Assembly: GCA_043827405.1 (NCBI GenBank)
Contig: JBDRPD010000068.1
Span: forward strand, 1 to 64,000
Length of the DNA stretch: 64,000 bases
Direction: 5' to 3'
From: Elusimicrobiota bacterium
GTDB taxonomy: Bacteria > Elusimicrobiota > Elusimicrobia > UBA1565
A model generated the notes under the pieces. It saw only the letters and a program-made list of their open reading frames with translations. It did not search any database and was not told the origin of the DNA. The position numbers were made by a program, and so were the translations under genes. Positions 12,001-21,000 of the stretch are shown here, one piece after another (within the stretch, counting starts at the first letter, position 1; every line of letters begins with the position of its first letter).

Positions 12001-15000
12001 CGGCGAATACGGCCTCATCGTCAACAATACCGCCAAGTTTACCGTTCGCGGCTCCACCCGGACGCCGTTCGCTTTGGCGACGCAGAGCGCCACCGGCGGA
12101 CAGACCCAGGTCCGGGTGCCCAGCGTGGACGCCGTGGGCTGGGTCGCCGGCGACCGGCTGGCACTCGGGCCGACGGATGGCGACGGCGAGGGGTTGACTG
12201 AAGAGTTCTTTATCCAGTCTATCGACGCCGGCAATCCGCGCACGGTGACTTTGTCGGGGAGCGTCGGCGCGACGCGCGTCCGCACCTCCACGACGCCGAT
12301 CGTGGTCGCCAATCTGACGCGCAACGTCCTGGTGCGTTCCTCCGGCACCGATACCGCGGCCAATACCGCCTATATCCAGAATCTGACCCAGTCTCCCGGC
12401 GACTTCGTTCTGGACTACGGCGAATTCGCGTATCTGGGCGCCAACGCGGCCGACAAGCAGGGCATCAAGTTCATGTCTTCGGGCGTTGAGGGGCGCATCT
12501 CCAGCTCGACGATCCGCGGCGGCTACTACGGCATCTACGTCAATGTCGGCAGCAGTCACAAGCTGGCCTACAACGTTCTCTACGACAACGCGGCAAGCGG
12601 TATCTATGCCATCAATATGGCCGGCAGCACGGTGGCCTACAACAGCGTCATGGAGAACGGCCAGCACGGCATTTATCTGTTCAATAGTACCGGCGGCGAC
12701 GACATGCTTCAGGCCAATATGGTCTTCGCCAACGGCGACGACGGCATCCGTCTGTCCAAGGGCTTCGAGCATCGGCTGCGTGAAAACTACGCCTTCAGCA
12801 ACCTAAACGACGGTATTGAGGTCGACCGCATCTACGACAGCGAATTCTCATCCAATACCGCGCACAGCAACGGCGGCCGGGGCTTGTACTTGGTGGACTT
12901 CGGCAGCAATACGTTGACCGGCAATATCGCCTACAGGAATGCCAGCAGCGGCACGGTTCTCAGCACCGCCGACCTGAACGTGTTCGAAGACAATAGCGCG
13001 CACGGCAATTTCGGGGCCGGCTTCTATCTCTCCAATTCGGATAACAATACTTTTATAAGGAACGAGGCCTATGCCAATACCACAGGTGAAGGGCACGGGT
13101 TCAACCTGCAGAATTCCGAGCGCAATGTGTTCGCCGGCAATACCTCCCACTCCAACGCCGGCGACGGCGTGCGTTTGTATAGCGGCGACTACAACCGCTT
13201 TGCGGGCGCGCGCATTTACAACAATGCCGGCGACGGCATCTGGTACTCGCAGACGTCCGACGCGGAGTTCGGAGACGCTTGGCTCGGCTATGACGCGGAG
13301 GGCGCGGATCGGCCCGACGGCGGCGCCGAAGTCCAGCTCGATCCAGCGTCGCCCCCGGGTGCAATCGTCGATCTGCGGTCGTCGAGAGTCAACCCCGCTT
13401 CCGGCATTTCGACCTCGGGCTTCAATGACCAGTTAAAGCTTCTCGTATCGTGGAACCAGGACTATGATACCGGTACTTTGCGGCTTTTCGGGCATGTCCC
13501 GCTCGACGACACCCTGACCATAGGCTACGCTGACGCGCTGACCGGACCGACCACGACGCAAGCGCGTCTTACGCGCGGCAGCGGCAACTTCCTCACTGTC
13601 TGCTCGATCGACGCCGCCTCGGCGGTGTCCCAGATCGTCTACGCGACAAAGGTCGGCGCGAACTGGGAGGTGCGGGGGTCTTCATCGGGCTATATGGGGA
13701 TCGCGGCGGTCGCGTCCTGCCCCGGCACCGATTTTGGGCAGTTCCGGCTGAGCGTGACGGAAAGCGCGCCGAGCGAAGGCGATCGGATGGACCTCCTCCT
13801 GCTCGCCGGCACCAACGACGCCAACCGGCAGAAGAGGCTCCTCATGGGGCCGGCGGATCCGGCCTATAACGAGGGCCGTTCGAAGTTCGAGGTCCAGCCC
13901 GGCGGCGGCCTGGTCCTCAGCGGCCAGCCCGGCTACCCGACGATCATGGACCGCATCGACTCCGGCGCGACCTACTACTCATTCGTGTCTTCCGGCTCCT
14001 TCACCGCCGTCAACTCCTCGATCACCAACGTCGACTACAACGGCGTCTGGCTCAGCGGAGCGGGCCCGGTCGTGATCGCTACTTCGACCTTCGACCAGAT
14101 GGGCGTCGCCGCGGCGGTCAACTCATACATTACGGCCAACGAGCTCTCCGGCGGCGCGACCTTCTATAACGTCAAGTTCGGCAGCGCCCGCAGCACCGAG
14201 GGAGTCACAGCCTACAACGTGCGCTCGGTCGGCGCGTCAACCCCCGACTGGTACTTCCGCCGCTGGCACGGCGATATGGGGGGGGAGGATTACGACTCCG
14301 ACAGCGGCGAGATCAAGTGGACGGATCTGATGCCGTCGCCGCCGACCAATGTGGCGGCCGTGCAGACGGGCTCTTCGGTTACGCTGAAGGTCAGCTGGGG
14401 CGGGTCGGAGCGCGACGGACCCAGCTTCCGCCTGGTCTCCGGCAGCGAGTACTACATCCAGTGGAGCACCGAGACGCCGGACAGCGTCGACTGGAGCACC
14501 GCCAACGCCCAGGTGGTGCAGGCGACCGGCCCGGTCAACAGCGTCAGCGTCAGCCATACCATCGGCGGCTTGCCGGCGGGCAAGACGGTCTATTTGGGGA
14601 TCTGGTCGCGCGACGAGCTGGGCCGTTACTCGCGGCGCTCGGGCCTAGGCAGCGGCTTCAGCGCCCCCTTCACCAGCGACGTGCTCGCCTCCGGTCTCGG
14701 CGCCGGATCCGACGAGCATGACATGGCGGTCGATAAGGATGGGAACGTCCATGTCGTTTACGACGACGGGATCGCCGGTCAGGTCAAATACGTCAAGCGA
14801 ACGGGCAGCGTTTGGAGCGCGCCGGTGAATGTCGGGCCGTTGGCGGGGGGTACCCCACCACGGCCTGCAGTTGCTGTTGATATTAACGGCAACCCTCATA
14901 TCGTTTGGGCAGAAACATCGTCAAAGGTCAGCTACAGTTCCTCAACTGATGGCGGAGCAACTTTTACCACTGCAGATGAGATCTATCCATATGGAGCAAA

Positions 15001-18000
15001 GACGCATGATCTTGCGCTGGACGGACGCGGAAGTCCGCACGTCATTTTTTATAACGGAGGTCTGCAATACACTAAGAATTCTACCGGAGCCTGGACTCAA
15101 GGTGAATCTATCAGCGGAGTGAGCAATAGCTCGCCGAGCCTGGTCTTGGACGGAGACGGTCGCCCGCACATTATATACATGGATGGCCTTAATCTTATGT
15201 ACGCAAGCCGGACATCGAGCGGGTGGAACAAGATCAGCATATACTCCGATTCGGCATCTTCACAAAACGGCTCATTGGTGATCGACGGCGCTGGTCGACC
15301 GCATGTCGCCTATGCCGCTCAAGATACAGGCAATCTCCTTCACTTGTACTACGATGGTGGTTCTTGGAATTCATTCGTAGTGGACGTCGGAGGCAGTCCG
15401 GGCATGCCGTCCTTGACACTTGACGGCGACGGCTATCCGCATATCGCCTACATGGCGAACACCCCCGGGGATTTGAAGTACGCGTACTACGACGGCGCAT
15501 CCTGGTCGACGATGACGGTGGCCTCGGACGGGAACATCGGCTTCGTGCCGGTCATCGCCCTCGACGGCAATGCCAATGTGAACATCAGCTACCTCGACCT
15601 GGAAGCCGACCGTTCGCTGCATATCTCATCATGGACCGCGACCGGCTTTGCCGTGCCGATGGGCGGCAATCCGCGCGGCAAAGTGCAGGCGCCGACCGGG
15701 ATGACGGCGACGCAGGTCTATATCGCCAGCGCTACCTGGAACTGGCAGGACAACAGCGCCAATGAGGTCGGCTACCGTCTCTACGCTTCAAGCTATGGCC
15801 GTGTCGATGCCGCCTTCTCGCTGCGCGTTGATTCCAATACCATGGGCCCCGGTACCGTGAGCGCGACTTTGACCGACCTGACGCCCGATACGACCTACGA
15901 GCACTACGTCGCCGCGGTAAGCGAAGGCGGGACCGTGACCTCGACCGCGGCCTGGATTAATACCTTGGCGGATCACCCCTCGGCGGCCGCCGTGCCGGTG
16001 GCGGCGATCTATCCCGCCAGCATGACGGTATCCTGGCAGACCGGCGCCAACCCCGCATATACCGAGTACGCGGTGCGGGCCACGACCGCCGCCGATTTCT
16101 CGGGCGGCTTCAAGTATCCGCCCGGCGGCGCGGGTTGGATCGTCGATGCTTCTACCGAAATCGTCGGGATTAGCGAAGTCAATGCGACTTATTATATCCA
16201 GGTCGCGGCGCGGAACCTGAGCGGCGTTGAGACTCCCTATATCCTTACGGTAACGACGCCCTCGCTGGCGAACCTCCCGGCGACTACCGGCAACGACTTC
16301 AGCGCTGTTTCGAGCCACTCTCTGACTGTGACCTGGAGCGCCAACGGCAATCCGGCGAATACCCTCTACCGGGTGATGCTGGCGACCTCCAGCCCCTTCT
16401 CCAGTTCGCTGCAGGTGTCGACCGCGCCTTCCGGCGCCTTGTCGACGGATTTCGCCGGCCTGCGGGGCAATACGACCTATTACCTCGCCGTCGAGGCATT
16501 CAACCATGCCGGCGTCGGCACCGGCGATACCATCCTCAGTTCCACGATCACCCGCATCGCTCCGCCGACCCAGGTGTTCTTTGACCGCATTTCCAGCGAC
16601 ACCATAGTGGCCTCGGCTTATGCGCCGACGCCGGCGTTCAATAACCTGCACGCGGGACGTTCGGCGACGGCGATCAGGCTCGACGGCGGCGGCTACGCCA
16701 ACTGGCGCGGCAGCACCTGGACTTTGCTCTCGCCGCTGGCGGCGGGCGGACGTTCGATGCTGGGCGGCGGCGCGATCGACGGTACCGTCTACGCCGTCGG
16801 CGGCGACAACGGCGGCTACCTGGATCGGACTGAAGCCTATGATCCGGGCGGCGATTCCTGGGGCTCCACGAATGTTCTCAACACCAGCCGGCGGGCGGCG
16901 GGCTTGGCGGTCGCTGACGGCAAACTCTACGCTATCGGCGGCTTCAATGGCGCCTTCCTGAACTCGGCCGAAGTATATGATCCCGATACCAACTCCTGGA
17001 CCTTCGCCGACACCATGCCGTCGAATCGCGCGGCCATAGCCGCCGCCGCATTGAACGGCAGGATTTATGCCGTCGGCGGACTGACCGGCGGGACCGAGCA
17101 GGCGACCAATCAGGAGTACGATCCTGCGGCTGACCAGTGGGCCGGCGCCAATAAGACCGCGATGACGCAGGCCCGCGCGTATGCGGTCGCGGTCGGAACC
17201 TTCGGCAAGGTCTACGTCTTCGGCGGCAGCGACGGCGGCCAAACCACGCTTTATGACGATGTCGAGGCGTACGACCCTGTCGGCAACGGCTGGACCAGCG
17301 GAGCTCCGATGCCGACTTCGCGCCACGGCATGGCCGCGGGGGCTATCGGGGGCAAGATCGTCGTCGTCGGCGGCGAGGATATGGGCGGCGTGGTGGCGCT
17401 GAACGAGGAGTACGATGCTCGAGCCGACTCTTGGGCGGCTCGCGAGCCGATGCTGACGACGCGCGCCTTCGCCGGGAGCACGGTCGTCGACGGCAGACTT
17501 TACGTCTTTGGCGGTCACGACGGCTCACCGCGGGACGTGGTCGAAAAGTACGATCCCGGCGTGACGCAAAAATTCACCGGCCTGAACCCGAACTCCTTCC
17601 ATCAGTTCCGGGCCAAGGCGCGCAACTCGGCGGGCACCGAATCAAGCGAGACCGCGCTGTTCAGTATTTATACTTTGGCGGCCGTGCCGAGTACCGCCAC
17701 CCCGTCCTTCCAGACCGTCTTCCCGACCTCGGCGACCTTCCAATGGACCTCCAACGGCAATACCGGAGGCGCCACCGACTATCGGGCCGAAGCCTCGTCG
17801 GCCCCCAGCTTCAGCGGCACGCTCTACGCCATGGGCTGGACGGTGGCGCTGTCGACCGGCTTTACCGGCCTGGCGGGGAACTCCACCTATTACTTCCGCG
17901 TGCAGGCGCGCAACGGCGACGGGGTGGAGACCGCGTTTAAGGACCTCGGCTCAACGGTCACCGCGGCCAACCCGCCGCTGGCGCCGGTCGCGGCGCAGGT

Positions 18001-21000
18001 GGAGAAGTCGTCGGCAATCTTCGAGTGGAGCGCCAACGGCAATGCCGACGGGACCGGCTATGTCGCACAGCTCGCGCTCAACGAGAGCTTCGCTCCGGTG
18101 GACCGTTCTTCTTTTACCCGCAGCACCTATGCGATATTCGGGGCCAGCGGTCTGGGGGCGGATCTGGCTCTTAATACCACGTACTACTTTCGCGTCCAAG
18201 CCGTGAACCGGCGCGGCGCGCCGACTATTTTCACCTCGACCATTTCGGCCCGGACGCTCGTCGAGGCGCCGGGGACCGCCGCCGAACCGTTCCCGGTGGT
18301 CGGCGCCGACGCGATAGAATTCGCATGGGGCGATGGCGGTAATCCGGCCGGTACGCTCTACGAGGCGGATATCTCCACCGATAACTTCGCCACGCTCAAC
18401 CTTACTTCGGCGACCTACAGCACCTCGACGCTCTTCGGTGCGGGCGGCGAGGGTCTCGCGCTGCTGACCAATGCGACCCACTACTTTCGCGTGCGGGCGC
18501 TGAACTCAAGCGGCAATCCGACGGTCAATACCGCGGTGGTGTCGACGCCGACCTGGGCGACGCTCCCGCTGAGCGCGGCAGCGCCGTTTCCGAACGTCGA
18601 TCTGTCCTCGATGACCTATGAATGGAACCCGGACGCTAATAAGCCGGGGACGCTCTACCGCGTCCTGCTGTCGACGGACGATTTTTCGACGGTCAACCTG
18701 TCCTCGTGGACGCGCGGCGTCTCGGTGCTCTTCGGCACCGGTGGTGAAGGCCAGGCGCTGGACCAGAATACGACCTATTACTTCAAGGTGAATGCCGTCA
18801 GCCATGCGGGGCTGGAGACCGGCACGCTGCAGGAGTCGACCCATACCCGGGCGGCGATCCCGGCGGCGGGCGCGCCGGTCTTTAGCGATGTGCAAGTCGG
18901 CTCGGTCACCTTTAACTGGGGAGAGAACTCCAACCCGAGCGGCCTTACCGACTACTACGTCGAGGTCGGGACGGCGGCGGACTTCGCGACGCTGACTTTC
19001 GTATCGTCGACGACAGCGACGGCGCTTCAGGCCGGGGCGGGCGGCATCGGACCGACGCTCGACTTAAACACCACCTACTACTTCCGCGTTCGCGCCCGCG
19101 ACCTGGGCGGTACCTATACGCTTTATGGCGCGGAGCAGTCGACGGCGACCTTGGCCGCTGGTCCGGTGGGCGGTTCATTCGCCGATATCGGAGTTTCTTC
19201 GGCTGTCTTCCAGTGGACGGGCCCTGATCCGGCGTATACGCTCTACGAGGCCCAGGTCTCGACCGACGCTTTCGCTACCGTCAGCCTGACTTCGGCGACG
19301 CGCGAAACCGCGGCGGTATTCGGGACGACCGGCGAGGGCGCGGCGTTGGACCCGAGCACCACGCATTACTTCCGGGTACGCGCGGTTAACCGCGACGGAA
19401 TCCCGACGCTCTACGCCTTTACGGCGTCGACGCATACTTTGGCCGCGGTCCCGGCGAGCGCGGCGTCCGCCTTTACCGCCTTACATCACAGCTCCATGAC
19501 GGCGGCTTGGAACGCCAACAGCAACGGCGCGGGCACGGTCTATGAGGCGGTGCTGTCCACCGGTTCCGGCGGCGTTCAGGGCTACGCCGGCGACCAGACG
19601 GTCTCGACGCATCCCGCCGGCGCCCCGACGGCCGATATCACGGGTCTGGTCGCCAATACGACCTACTACCTCTATGTGCGGGCGGTCAATCCCGACGGCT
19701 GGCGGAGCGATTATGCGGTTCTCGGCTCCACGCCGACCTTGCCCAATGATCCGGCGGCCGCCGCGCCGCCGTTCTTCGCCGTCCACTTCACTTCGGCGAC
19801 CGTCAACTGGGACGAGAACGGCAACCAGACGGGGACGCTTTACAGCGTGGCGCTGTCGACCGGGTCCTCCTATCCGAACGGTTACAGCGGCAGCGTCGAG
19901 ATCTCGACGACGCATGCCGCGGCTCAGCCGACGGCCACGCTGACGGGGCTGTCGGCGAACGCGACCTACTACCTGCATGTCGCGGCGTTCGGCCGCAGCG
20001 GCGCCCGGACGGCGTATCTGAATTCGGGCTCCAGCGTCACCGCGGCTTTGCCGCCCGTCACCGCGGCTTCCACATTCTCCAGCGTCGCGGCGACGAGCCT
20101 GACCGGCGTCTGGGAAGCCAACGGCAATATTCCGGGCACGCTGTTCGAAGCGATCGTTTCCACCGGCAGCGGTCTGCCGAGCAGCTTCGCCGGCGATGTG
20201 GAGGTCTCGACCCGGCCGGAGGGGACGCCGGCGGCCGATTTCGCCGCTCTGACGCCCAACTCAACCTACTACCTCATCGCGCGCACCATCGGTCATGACG
20301 GCACGTCGACGAGCTATGCCGCTTTCGGTTCGACCGTCACTCCGGCGGCGCTGCCGGTGGCCGCGGTCCCGGCCTTCTCCTCCGGTTCAACTACGGGTCT
20401 GGTCGGCGACTGGGGAGCCAACGGCAATCCGCCCGACGATACCCGCTATGAGACCGTGCTGTCCACCGCGTCGTCACTGGTGCTCACCGCTGCGGGCAAC
20501 GTGCCGGTATCGACCGCGCCGGCCGGTGCGCCGTCGGCCGAGTACACGTCCCTCGAGGTGAATACGACCTATTATCTCTTCGTTCGCTCCGTGGACCGGC
20601 TGGGACGAGCCACCGCCTTTGCGGCGGTCGGCTCGTCGGCTACCCAAGCCAATGCGCCTTCTACGGTGCTCGTCTCGACGCCCTTCGCGCAGGTGGACTA
20701 CAACGCGATCCGTTATGTCTGGGACGCGAACGGCAACCCGGACGGCACGGTCTATACCGCCGAAATGGCGCTGGACGCTTCGTTTGCGCTCGTCGACCGC
20801 TCGTCGGTGACGGTCGGTACGGAGGTGATCTTCGGCAATCAAGGCGCCGGCGCCGACCTGACCTTCCAGACTACGTACTACTTCCGGGTGCGGGCGGAGA
20901 ACGTGCGCGGCGTACCGACCGATTACACGACGGTTCAGTCCACGGTAACCCTGCCCGACGATATCATCCCGCCGACCATGACGAACAATCAGCTCGGCGA

